In this document: in pieces, positions 19,928-28,819 of the stretch
How the letters are laid out: every line of letters starts with the position of its first letter
How positions within the stretch are numbered: the first letter of the stretch is position 1
NCBI GenBank assembly: GCA_965242695.1
Contig: CBDESU010000002.1
Coordinates: forward strand, 1,376,001 to 1,440,000
DNA length: 64,000 nt
Origin: Cenarchaeum sp.
GTDB taxonomy: Archaea > Thermoproteota > Nitrososphaeria > Nitrososphaerales > Nitrosopumilaceae
Direction: 5' to 3'
Made by a program: the position numbers and the translations under genes
The notes under the pieces: model-generated
Databases searched by the model: none
What the model was told of the DNA's origin: nothing
Seen by the model: the letters and a program-made list of their open reading frames with translations, nothing else

Positions 19928-20683
19928 GTGAAGCTGCCCGACCTGAGGATCGTCGCAGACGAGCGGGAGCGCAAGTGCGGCATACCTGCGCTCCTGCGGG
20001 AGGCCGGCCTGGGCCTAGAGGTCCGCACGCTCCCGGTCGGCGACTACATCGTCGGCCCCGAGACGATCGTCGAGCGCAAGAGCGTCCACGACCTGGTCTC
20101 GTCTGTGTTCGACGGCAGGCTGTTCGACCAGTGCGCCCGCCTGCGCGACAACTTTGCGCTGCCGCTCATCGCAGTCGAGGGCAACCCCGACGAGGTCGAG
20201 GCCGTCGCCGAGAACCCGCTCGTCTTTTACGGCGCCGTCTCGCGCGTGGCCATCGACTACAGGATACCGATCGTGCCCACGCCGAGCGCCTCGCACACGG
20301 CGCGCCTGCTCGTGGCGCTTGCCGCAAGGTGCGCCGAGGCGCTCGCGGCCGCAGGGGCCGCTGCCGGCGGCGGCGGCGCCGGGGACGGCGCCCCTCCGCC
20401 GATCCCGCCGGGCCCGTACGTCAAGAAGATCAAAAAGCACGACGACACGGAGCGGCAGCAGCTGTCGGCGCTTGCTAGCCTGCCTGGAATCGGCGAAAAG
20501 CTTGCGGTCCGGCTCCTCGGCCGGTTCGGCACGCCCATTGCCGTGTTCAACGCCCCGCTCGCCGACCTTGCAAAGATCGACGGGCTCGGGGCCGCAAGGG
20601 CGGGGAGAATACGCGGCATGCTAGAGTCGACCAGCCGCCACCACAGCGCGGACGGGAGCCAGAGGACGCTGCACGACGGATAG
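19928..20683 (+). CDS. xpf: XPF/ERCC4 structure-specific endonuclease, short form with HhH
   Basis: IVADERE, LPVGDY, IVERKS..DL..SVFDGRL..Q, LPGIGEKLA, IDGLG. Confidence 0.93.
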   Translation: MKLPDLRIVADERERKCGIPALLREAGLGLEVRTLPVGDYIVGPETIVERKSVHDLVSSVFDGRLFDQCARLRDNFALPLIAVEGNPDEVEAVAENPLVFYGAVSRVAIDYRIPIVPTPSASHTARLLVALAARCAEALAAAGAAAGGGGAGDGAPPPIPPGPYVKKIKKHDDTERQQLSALASLPGIGEKLAVRLLGRFGTPIAVFNAPLADLAKIDGLGAARAGRIRGMLESTSRHHSADGSQRTLHDG

Positions 20684-20690
20684 CCGGACG

Positions 20691-21200
20691 CTAGGCGCGC
20701 TTCCGCCCCCTACTGCCCCCCGCCGGCACGAGCCTCCTTCCGAGGCGGCCCCCGCACAGCGGGCATGCCTCCGCGCCGGCCGCGGCCGGCCTGCCGCACC
20801 GCGCGCACCACGGCACCCACCTCCCAGACCTCCTTATGCCTGCCGTCATGACGGGCCTTGCGCGCACGCCCATGAGGGCCGCCGCGTTGGACACCGCATA
20901 GTCGTCGGTGATGATGTCGGCGCCGAGCTCGGCGGCAAGGGCGAGCACCGACACGTCCTGGGCCGAGAGCGACCCGAGGTCGCCGCTCTCGGCGGCCGAC
21001 CTCCTTGCCCGCGCGACGCCCTCGGCCGACGCCTCGGCGACGACGAGGCGGCCGGCCTCGATCAGGCCCTCGATGGTGCCGAACCTTCCCTTTATGTGCG
21101 AGACCTCGGCGAGCACGGCCGGCGTCGTCCTGTACGCCTCGGGCGATGCGAACGGCACGCCGGCGTAGAACGCGCTCGCGTCGAGCACGCTAGAAGCCAA
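20691..21200 (-). CDS. nob1: Nob1-like PIN endoribonuclease with zinc ribbon
   Basis: VLDASAF, LSAQD.SVLALA, TDDYAVSN, C..C...CPLCG. Confidence 0.88.
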   Translation of the reverse strand: MASSVLDASAFYAGVPFASPEAYRTTPAVLAEVSHIKGRFGTIEGLIEAGRLVVAEASAEGVARARRSAAESGDLGSLSAQDVSVLALAAELGADIITDDYAVSNAAALMGVRARPVMTAGIRRSGRWVPWCARCGRPAAAGAEACPLCGGRLGRRLVPAGGSRGRKRA

Positions 21201-22005
21201 GCTTGCTCATCTGCCTCAGGCCCCTCTTCTTGAGCCTGACGAACACGGCCTGCCTGGGGTACTTTTTGATCGTTATCGCCTCGCCGTACCCCGCCGACTT
21301 TATCACCTGCGCGTCCATTACGACGCTGCAGTCGTGCGAGCATACGACCTGGATCTTTTCGTCCGGCACCACGATCGACTCGAGCCTGTACACCGGCGCG
21401 ACCGGCGTTATTATCAGCACGTCGAGGCTCTCGTGGAGTATGGGCCCCCCCAGCGAGAACGAGTGGCCCGTCGAGCCGCTCGGAGTGGCCACGATGACGC
21501 CGTCCATCTTTTGGCGGACCGTGTCGTCCTGGAACCTGATGTCGATCTCGGCCGTCTTCGTCAGGTTGGACCTCTGTATGAGTATCTCGTTGAGGGCCGG
21601 CGGGAACCTCTCGCGCCCGCGCGAGGCCGACACCCTGGTGCGCCGCTCGAGTATGATCTTGCCGGCCCGTATCTGCGAGATCGCCTCGTCGATCCCCCCG
21701 ATCGTAATCTCGGAGAGTATGCCGCGGTTGCCGCCGACGTTTATCGTGAGGACCGGCGTCTCGTCGTCGAGCTCGCGGAACGTGCGGAGCGTCGTCCCGT
21801 CGCCGCCCAGGGTGACCACGAGGTCGGGCCTTGCCGCCTTGAGGTCGGATATGGTCTCGGCCGCCTCGGCGCCCGGCACGGACGCCGGCGAGACCGCATG
21901 CACGGCGCACTTTGCGGCGAGCAGCTTCTTTGCGACCTTGCGCGCCGCATCCTCGGCCGCCCTCGATCCGATCTTCGAGACGATGGCGACCCTGCGAAGC
22001 CTCAA
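21190..22005 (-). CDS. nadK: NAD(+) kinase
   Basis: TTG 22005; LGGDGTTLR, ALNE, DGVIVATPSGSTGHSFSLGGP; TTTTTAA upstream. Confidence 0.95.
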   Translation of the reverse strand: MRLRRVAIVSKIGSRAAEDAARKVAKKLLAAKCAVHAVSPASVPGAEAAETISDLKAARPDLVVTLGGDGTTLRTFRELDDETPVLTINVGGNRGILSEITIGGIDEAISQIRAGKIILERRTRVSASRGRERFPPALNEILIQRSNLTKTAEIDIRFQDDTVRQKMDGVIVATPSGSTGHSFSLGGPILHESLDVLIITPVAPVYRLESIVVPDEKIQVVCSHDCSVVMDAQVIKSAGYGEAITIKKYPRQAVFVRLKKRGLRQMSKLGF

Positions 22006-22432
22006 CGGCCGACAGCCCTGCCCCGATCTTAAAAAGCGTGGCGGGCGGGGCGCCCGGCACGGCGGCGATCGCCGCCCCGCACTGCATCCGCGCCTTGCGG
22101 GCGGGGCCGGCCCGCGGCGTGCCGGGCCGACTCGTGAGCCGCGGCGGGGCATCGGCGTGGCGCGCGCGATATCCGAGCCGGGGATGCGGGGATGAGGGCG
22201 GCGCCGCGGCGCGGCCGCACGTGGCGCCCGCCTCTGCGGAGGCGGCCCGCCGAGCCGCCGCGCAGCGCCGCGCCGCCGGCCGCCGCCCCGCGCGACGGGG
22301 CCGCGGGGTGCGCCCGCGCCGCCTGTCATGTGGCAGTCCCGCCGCGCCCGCTGCTGCCTGCGGCCGACGGGCGGCCAGGCCTCGATTGGCCCGGCTAGGC
22401 AGTCTTTTATTGGTGCGGTTTCGACTCCGCGC

Positions 22433-22960
22433 GTGGGAGGGCAGGACGACGGCGCGGCCAAGGCGGGCGGGCTGGGCCGGCGCGACTTCCTAAAGCTCGT
22501 GGGCGCGGCCGGCGCGGGACTGGCGATCGGCTCGCTCGTGCCGTGGAACGGCCTTGCGCGGGGCGGCGGCGGGGCGCAGGGAGGCGCTGCCGGGAGCGGG
22601 TTTGCCACGTCGATATGCTGCATCGACGGGCGGGTGCAGGCGCCGCTTGCCGAGTGGACAAGGGCGAGGTCGGGAGCCGGCCATGTCGATACGGTGACAG
22701 AGCCTGGAGTGGACAAGTTTCTCTCGGAGGATCCTGCAATAGCCGAGGTCGTTAGACAAAAGGCCAGCATCTCGGTGGATGCGCACGGTTCGCGGCTGAT
22801 CGTCATCTCTGGCCACTATGACTGCGCGGCCAACCCGGTGCCGGACGACGTCCACATGCGGCAGACGGCCGAGTGCGTCAGGATCGCCAAGTCGTGGAAT
22901 ACCGGCGCAGAGGTCGTCGGCGTCTGGGTCGACGCCGACTGGAAGGTATCGCCCATCTAG
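22433..22960 (+). CDS. Putative beta-class-like carbonic anhydrase with Tat signal peptide
   Basis: LGRRDFLK + hydrophobic stretch; Zn ligands CIDGR and GHYDC(AANP); VDTVTEPG. Confidence 0.78.
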   Translation: MGGQDDGAAKAGGLGRRDFLKLVGAAGAGLAIGSLVPWNGLARGGGGAQGGAAGSGFATSICCIDGRVQAPLAEWTRARSGAGHVDTVTEPGVDKFLSEDPAIAEVVRQKASISVDAHGSRLIVISGHYDCAANPVPDDVHMRQTAECVRIAKSWNTGAEVVGVWVDADWKVSPI

Positions 22961-23211
22961 GGGGGCCGGCGCCGCCGGCGAGGCCCGTACGCCGCTGCCG
23001 GGCCACCCGGCGCGCGGCGGCCGGGCCTGGAGGCGCGCCGCCCGGAGCCTCCATACGGAATGGCAGCATGCCGGATGACTGGACGGCCTGCGCATGGCAT
23101 GCCCGCGCCAGGCGGCCGCGCACCGCCCGCCCGCGCCGCGATCGGGGCGATCCGGCGCCGCGCTGCGCGCAGCGCAAAACCGTTAAGTAGCGCCCCGCGC
23201 CGCCCCCCGGC

Positions 23212-24075
23212 ATGGGCGGGTACGCGCACCCCGAGGTCCTCGTAGAGACGGACTGGGTGGCGGCCAACCCGCCGTCGTCGTCGCCCGGCAGCGAGCGCCG
23301 CCTCGTAGAGGTCGACTACGACCCAGAGAACGCCTACCGCAGGGGCCACATCGAGGGGGCGACGCTCGTGTGGTGGAGGCGCGACATCAACGACCCCGTC
23401 ACGCGCGACATCGTGGACAGGGCGCAGTTTGAGAGGCTCATGTCGAGGAACGGCATAGGGCCCGACACCGAGGTCGTCCTGTACGGCGACTTCAACAACT
23501 GGTTTGCCGCGTTTGCGTTCTGGGTCTTCAAGTACTATGGACACCGCAACGTGCGCATCATGAACGGAGGCCGCAAAAAGTGGGAGATCGAGGGGCGCCC
23601 CTACACGACAGACGAGCCGCAGGTGCGGCCCTCCGAGTACGCCGCGCCCCCTCCGGACGAGGGCCTCAGGGCGTACCTGCCGGACGTGCGCAGGGCCCTC
23701 GGCAGGGACGGCAGCGCGCTAGTCGACGTGCGCTCGCCCAAGGAGTTTTCCGGCGAGATTACCGCGCCCCCCGAGTACCCGACCGAGAACGCGCAGCGCG
23801 GGGGGCACATACCCGGCGCGAGCAGCATTCCGTGGGCGACTGCCGTCAACGACGCCGACGGCACGTTCAAGAGCGCCGACGAGCTGCGCGCCAACTACGA
23901 GCCAAAGGGCGTGACGGCAGACAAGGACGTCGTGTGCTACTGCCGCATCGGCGAGCGCTCGTCGCACTCTTGGTTCGTCCTAAAGTACCTCCTCGGCTAC
24001 CCGCAGGTGCGCAACTACGACGGGTCGTGGACCGAGTGGGGCAACATGATCGGCAACCCGGTAGAGCGGGCGTGA
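23212..24075 (+). CDS. Thiosulfate sulfurtransferase (two-domain rhodanese, CysA type)
   Basis: YAHPEVLV.T.W, GHI.GA, DVRSP.EF.GE, YCRIGERSSHSWF, NYDGSWTEWGN. Confidence 0.95.
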   Translation: MGGYAHPEVLVETDWVAANPPSSSPGSERRLVEVDYDPENAYRRGHIEGATLVWWRRDINDPVTRDIVDRAQFERLMSRNGIGPDTEVVLYGDFNNWFAAFAFWVFKYYGHRNVRIMNGGRKKWEIEGRPYTTDEPQVRPSEYAAPPPDEGLRAYLPDVRRALGRDGSALVDVRSPKEFSGEITAPPEYPTENAQRGGHIPGASSIPWATAVNDADGTFKSADELRANYEPKGVTADKDVVCYCRIGERSSHSWFVLKYLLGYPQVRNYDGSWTEWGNMIGNPVERA

Positions 24076-24422
24076 GCGGCAAAGACGGAGGGGGCGCGGC
24101 GGCCGCAGAGCCGCCCGTCCTTGAAAAGGGGGCGTTCTTTCGCATCCTTGACGGCGGCGGCTCGTACGTGCTAGCCGACATGACAAAGCGCGGCCTGGAG
24201 GCGCGCTCGCGGTCGGTCGACGAGGATGCCGGCGTAGAGGCCGACAAGGGCGTCATACACGACATGGACGGCATCGGGCACGAGGTCCCGATACGGTGGT
24301 TCTTCCCGAAGGATCGGCACGGCCTCGGGGACGTGCTCGAGCGGGCGCGGAGGCTGGAGGCAAAGTACGCAAGGCTTCGCGAGCTTACGTGCCCCGACGG
24401 CGGCGGCAGCGACGGCGGGTAG
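24072..24422 (+). CDS. Hypothetical protein coupled to the sulfurtransferase
   Basis: GTG overlapping the rhodanese stop; globular-looking 116 aa (ADKGVIHDMDGIGHEVPIRWFFPK...LRELTCP). Confidence 0.7.
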   Translation: MSGKDGGGAAAAEPPVLEKGAFFRILDGGGSYVLADMTKRGLEARSRSVDEDAGVEADKGVIHDMDGIGHEVPIRWFFPKDRHGLGDVLERARRLEAKYARLRELTCPDGGGSDGG

Positions 24423-24515
24423 GGGGCGGCGCTCCCTCACCCTGCCCGTCGCCGTGCGCGCGCTGCCGCGCCTCGTCCTCAAAAGCTTAATTATCGAACG
24501 GCGCGGCGCGCGCCC

Positions 24516-24590
24516 GGACCCGTGGCACAGTTTGGATAGTGCGGGCGGTTCCGGACCGCCAGGTCGGGGGATCGAAGCCCCCCGGGCCCT
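24516..24590 (+). tRNA. tRNA-Arg(CCG)
   Basis: Cloverleaf: acceptor GGACCCG/CGGGCCC, D-arm, anticodon arm GGCGG-TTCCGGA-CCGCC (CCG at 24551-24553), T-arm GGGGG-ATCGAAG-CCCCC; TTAATTAT box ~25 nt upstream. Confidence 0.9.
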
Positions 24591-24629
24591 TGACAATGCG
24601 CCGGCCGGCCCTTGTTGCCGCCCCCTCCC

Positions 24630-25124
24630 CTACCATATGTTGCGGATCGACGCGTATCCCTCGTCCGCCGCGGGCGGCATCATCTCAGCGGCCTGCCTGC
24701 CAAGGACGGGGTCGGGAACCCTCTCGCCCCCCGCCCGCCGCGCGTTCTGCCTGTACGCGCGCGCAGCGTCCCTGAAAAAGACGGCGTGCGCCGCCGCGCC
24801 GTACGCGCGTGCGTGCTCTACGTGGCCCCTGCGTATCGCCGCGGTGAGGTTCGTGTCGTCGACGACGACGCTCCTGCCCGACGCGAGGGCGTCGTCGATC
24901 AGGACGTACTCGGCGCGCCTGTTGTTGCTCAGCCCCGCGCCCGCGTACCCCCTCGACTGGTAGAGCCTGGCCAGCTCGCACCTCCTGCCAAAGTCCGTCT
25001 TTATGACGTCCAGCGAGACGTGGACGTGGTCCGCATAGTCTGAGCGGGCCAGGGTCGTCTTGCCGCTGCCCGCGATGCCGACCATCAGCACCATCTGCTG
25101 CCGACGCGGCGCGTGCCCCCGCAC
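24630..25124 (-). CDS. P-loop kinase (AAA_33 / polynucleotide-kinase-like)
   Basis: MVGIAGSGKTT, VVVDDTN...R, N..R...RVP, EGY. Confidence 0.8.
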   Translation of the reverse strand: MRGHAPRRQQMVLMVGIAGSGKTTLARSDYADHVHVSLDVIKTDFGRRCELARLYQSRGYAGAGLSNNRRAEYVLIDDALASGRSVVVDDTNLTAAIRRGHVEHARAYGAAAHAVFFRDAARAYRQNARRAGGERVPDPVLGRQAAEMMPPAADEGYASIRNIW

Positions 25125-25254
25125 GCCGGCGCCCCTGCACGGGGGCATAAGGCGTTTGCCGCGAGCCGGCGCACGGGCGGGCGGCTGTGGCCAGCGCCCG
25201 TCGCCCGATGCACGCTGCCGGATGTCCCGATCCTGGGCGGGCGGCGGGCGGGAT

Positions 25255-25485
25255 CTAGTCCCGCATCATGGAGCGCATCAGGGCGAACAGAAGCATGCAG
25301 GCAAGGATGGCCGCGCCCACGCCCCCCGCATGCATGGCGAACCCCTCTCCCCCCGCCGCGCCGATCGCCGCGCCTACCCCGAGGGCGACGACGACGAACA
25401 CGACCAGCACCACTATCGTCGCCGCGAGCGCTCTTGCGAGCCCGCCAAAGGCCGAAACCACCGGACGATCCAGCAAAGTCCGCAC
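25255..25485 (-). CDS. Small membrane protein (2 TM)
   Basis: GTG 25485; two hydrophobic stretches (ALAATIVVLVVFVVVALGV; VGAAILACMLLFALM). Confidence 0.45.
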   Translation of the reverse strand: MRTLLDRPVVSAFGGLARALAATIVVLVVFVVVALGVGAAIGAAGGEGFAMHAGGVGAAILACMLLFALMRSMMRD

Positions 25486-25547
25486 TATAGGTGTCCCGTG
25501 CGGCGCGGCGCGGGCGGCCACCCCCCCCCGCAGCGCCTGGTCGGCAG

Positions 25548-25856
25548 CTAGGAGGCGCCTGCGCCAGGCTCTGCCCCCTCCCCGCCGCCCCCGCCCCTGC
25601 GCGGCGCCCCGGGCCTGCCCCTCGTCCGACGCCGCTCCCTGTCGGTCTCCTCTTCGAGCGCGGCCAGCGGGTCCTCGGCGCGCCTGCGCCGTACGGCGAA
25701 CATCTTTGGCCTGCCCGCCCTCCTTGTGCAGTCGGGGCAGGCGTACACGAGGACGCGGTACTCGTTGGGCACGTCCGGGCTGGACAGGCGCGGATAGTAC
25801 GTCATGCGGCCGCCGCAGTCGATGCAGTACCTGTTGGCCCTCCTCGTCCTGCCCAC
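25548..25856 (-). CDS. Zinc-ribbon protein
   Basis: CIDC...CPDC pairs; divergent from the ferredoxin across TTTTAA at 25881. Confidence 0.55.
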   Translation of the reverse strand: MGRTRRANRYCIDCGGRMTYYPRLSSPDVPNEYRVLVYACPDCTRRAGRPKMFAVRRRRAEDPLAALEEETDRERRRTRGRPGAPRRGGGGGEGAEPGAGAS

Positions 25857-25909
25857 GCGCCATGCGGCCGGCCGGAAGGCTTTTAACCCATGCGCGGTCA
25901 CGCCGGCCG

Positions 25910-26878
25910 TTGTCCCTGCTCCTCAAGGACCGGGTCTACTCGATGGAGGCCCCGACGGCCAAGAGGGGCGTGTACCCCCTTCACGGCTACAAGCTCGGCC
26001 TGTACCGCCTGCCGATCACACTCGACGATCCCGACGAGATACAGTCCATACGCGACGGGCTGAAGGGCACGTTCGAGATGGACCAGTACGCCGACAGGGT
26101 GTACGCGACGTACCGCTGGAGGGAGAGGAACATGGACGACCCCGATGCGAGCGGGTACGAAGAGGCCGAGATGAGCGTCACGGTAGAGGTCGTCACGGGC
26201 GAGGTCGTCGACATCATCTACCAGGTCTTTCCGATCGAAAAGTTCGGCGACACGCAGTGGGTGCGCGACTACCGCAAGAAAGCCGACCACTTCGCCAAGA
26301 TGGTCATGGACACGATCCTGCGCAACACCATCCTCGCCGACAAGCTCGCAAAGTACTACACCGACAAGGAAAAGATATCCGACGACGAGGCAGTCGGGCG
26401 CGTAGAGTCGCTCACGCCGCTCGCAAAGATCGTCCCCGACGCAAAGCCCAAGCCGAAGATGCCCGAGCCCGTCGCCGACGCGGCGTCGGCCGGCGGCGCC
26501 GCGGCCGACGTGCCGGTCACCTGGGACGTCGACGGGGCAAAGCCGGGCCCGATCGACGTCGAGTACAAGTCGAAGATCCCCCCGTCCGCAGCGTACAACG
26601 CCGGCGAGCACACGATCAAGACGTGGGGCCGCAAGGGGTCGGACAACAAGGTGCTCGGCGTGTGGGGCGAGTTCGTCTCGGTCGACTACGACATCTGCGT
26701 CGCCGACGGCGCGTGCATCGACGCGTGCCCCGTCGGCGTGTACGAGTTCTTTGACACGCCGGGAAACTCCGCGTCCGGCAAGAAGCCGCTCATGTCAAAG
26801 GAGCCGGACTGCATATTCTGCCTCGCCTGCGAGGGAGTGTGCCCGCCAAAGGCCATCAAGATATTCGAGCAAAAGTAG
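25910..26878 (+). CDS. Ferredoxin with large N-terminal domain (zinc-containing/7Fe-type C-terminal ferredoxin)
   Basis: TTG 25910 MSLLLKDRVYSME; CVADGACIDACP and CIFCLACEGVCP. Confidence 0.85.
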   Translation: MSLLLKDRVYSMEAPTAKRGVYPLHGYKLGLYRLPITLDDPDEIQSIRDGLKGTFEMDQYADRVYATYRWRERNMDDPDASGYEEAEMSVTVEVVTGEVVDIIYQVFPIEKFGDTQWVRDYRKKADHFAKMVMDTILRNTILADKLAKYYTDKEKISDDEAVGRVESLTPLAKIVPDAKPKPKMPEPVADAASAGGAAADVPVTWDVDGAKPGPIDVEYKSKIPPSAAYNAGEHTIKTWGRKGSDNKVLGVWGEFVSVDYDICVADGACIDACPVGVYEFFDTPGNSASGKKPLMSKEPDCIFCLACEGVCPPKAIKIFEQK

Positions 26879-26904
26879 GCCCGCCCGGTCCAAGGTGGGG
26901 CCTT

Positions 26905-27888
26905 TCACGCGTACTGGTCGATTCCGCGCATGCGGCCCGCCTGCCCGTCCGGGGGGCCGCCGGCCGCATGCCGGGCGCCCCCGCCGGGATCGGCCCGCGG
27001 GGCCTCGTATATCGGCGTGTTCATGGGGCGCGTCCTCAGCGTGCCGGCGCGCAGCGACTCTAGGCGCCGCGCCGCAATCTCCACGTACCGCCCCTCCTTC
27101 TCGGCCCCCCTGCTGCTGCGCCCGTGCATGAGGGCGGCGACGGCCGTGCTGCCCGACCCCATGTACGGGTCGACGACCGTGTCACCCCTGTCCGTAAGCG
27201 ACAGCACGAGTCGCTCGACGAGCTCGACGGGGAACTGCGCCGGGTGCCCCGTCTTTTCGACGTGGTTGTGCTTTACGTTCGGGATGTCCCACACGTCCGA
27301 CGGGTTCTTTCCGAGCGGGTTGCAGCTGAGCTCGCCCTTTCGCGGCCCCCTGAAGTAGCGCTTGCCTGGGTACTTTGACGGGACGCGTATGGGATCGAGG
27401 TTGAACGTGTACCGGCCGGACTTTGTGAACCACATGATCGTCTCGTACCTTCCGGACAGGCGCCTCGAGCAGTGGAGGCCGTGCCCGAAGCGCCACACGA
27501 TCCTGTTGCGCATCTGCAGGCCGAGCTCGTCGAAGATGCGGTAGAGTGCGATGTCGAGGGGCACGATCCGGCCGCCGTCGACGTAGTTTCCGACCTGCCA
27601 GCATATGGACCCGTCGTCGGACAGCAGGCCGGCGCACCTCTCGATGACGCGCCGCTGCCCCTCGACGTACTCGTCGAGGCGCCGCCTCTTCTCGTACTCC
27701 TTTCCGAGGTTGTACGGGGGCGAGGTCACGACGAGCTTGGCGGTGCCGGCGCGCAGGCGCCCGAGGTACTCGACGGCGTCGCCGTGCCACAGCTCGCTCG
27801 CCGCGCCGTTGTGCCGCAGGCGGTGCATGCCCCCGCCCCAGCCGCGCCCCGCGTGCGGGGGCCGTCCCGTTCCCTGCGCTGCCGCCAT
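26905..27888 (-). CDS. Orphan site-specific DNA methyltransferase, beta class (N4-cytosine type)
   Basis: VTSPPYN, GKNPSDVW, HPAQFP, VDPYMGSGST; no neighbouring REase. Confidence 0.9.
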   Translation of the reverse strand: MAAAQGTGRPPHAGRGWGGGMHRLRHNGAASELWHGDAVEYLGRLRAGTAKLVVTSPPYNLGKEYEKRRRLDEYVEGQRRVIERCAGLLSDDGSICWQVGNYVDGGRIVPLDIALYRIFDELGLQMRNRIVWRFGHGLHCSRRLSGRYETIMWFTKSGRYTFNLDPIRVPSKYPGKRYFRGPRKGELSCNPLGKNPSDVWDIPNVKHNHVEKTGHPAQFPVELVERLVLSLTDRGDTVVDPYMGSGSTAVAALMHGRSSRGAEKEGRYVEIAARRLESLRAGTLRTRPMNTPIYEAPRADPGGGARHAAGGPPDGQAGRMRGIDQYA

Positions 27889-27977
27889 GACGTGGTCGCC
27901 GTCCGCAGGGCGCCAAAGTCGTGTAATATAGGGTGCCGGCGCCGGCCGCGGGCGCGGCTGCGCCGCCGGGCCGGGAG

Positions 27978-28083
27978 GGGAGGGGGATGGCCGGAACGGG
28001 GCGTGCGGGCGCAACGCCGGCGATGACAGCGAAATCTGCGGCCGGGATGGGAGGGGGATGGCCGGAACGGGGCGTGCGGGCGC
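27978..28083. repeat. Two identical 35-bp direct repeats with a 36-bp spacer
   Basis: gggagggggatggccggaacggggcgtgcgggcgc at 27978-28012 and 28049-28083. Confidence 0.85.
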
Positions 28084-28213
28084 CTCGGGCCCCGCCGCTC
28101 CCATGCTTAAATACGCCGCCCCGATCACGACGGCGTTGAGACGGCCGGCCTGGCATGCGGACCTGCGCCCCGCCTGCGGGCCCCGGGGCGCAGACGGCGG
28201 GCGGTGAGCCTGC

Positions 28214-28819
28214 GTGGACCTGTTCCTGATGCGGCACGGCAAGGCGGGGGCGCGCACCCCGTCGACTGCCGACTCGTCGCGAGCCCTGACGTCGGCCGGA
28301 ACGCGCGAGGTGAAAAAGGCGGCCTCGGGCCTGCGCCGCGCCGGCATTTCGTTCGACTATGTGGCGTCAAGCCCGCTGGCGCGAGCAATGCAGACTGCCA
28401 GGATCGTCGCCGCCGCGGCGGCCGGAGGGCGCGGGGCGGACGCCGCGGCCGGCCGAAAAAAGGGCAGGTCTGCCAGGCCGTCTGCCGTGCACCGCTGGGA
28501 CGAGCTAAAGCCAGAGGCCGCCGCCGCGCCGGCCCTGGAAAGGATCGCCGGCCTTGCATACGACTCGTCCGTCCTGCTAGTCGGCCACGAGCCGTCCATG
28601 ACGATGCTCCTCGGACTGCTCGTGTCGGGCGGCGCCGGGGCCGGCGGCGGCGCCCGCCGCCGCGGCCCGCCCCCTGCCCCCGCGCCCTCCGCCCCAGCCC
28701 TTTCGATAAACCTCAAGAAGGGCGGCATGGCCCGCCTGCGCATACTCTCGACCGTGCCCGAGGCGCGCGGCGAGCTGCGCTGGCTTGCGACGCCGCGCCA
28801 CCTGGAGTGCCTTCAATGA
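28214..28819 (+). CDS. sixA: Phosphohistidine phosphatase SixA
   Basis: LFLMRHGKA, R.LT..G, SSPL.RA.QTA, LLVGHEP, LKKGG. Confidence 0.9.
   Translation: MDLFLMRHGKAGARTPSTADSSRALTSAGTREVKKAASGLRRAGISFDYVASSPLARAMQTARIVAAAAAGGRGADAAAGRKKGRSARPSAVHRWDELKPEAAAAPALERIAGLAYDSSVLLVGHEPSMTMLLGLLVSGGAGAGGGARRRGPPPAPAPSAPALSINLKKGGMARLRILSTVPEARGELRWLATPRHLECLQ

Noticed and set aside
24516-24640. tRNA-anchored integrated element
   Set aside because: No integrase and no duplicate of the tRNA 3' end seen in the window
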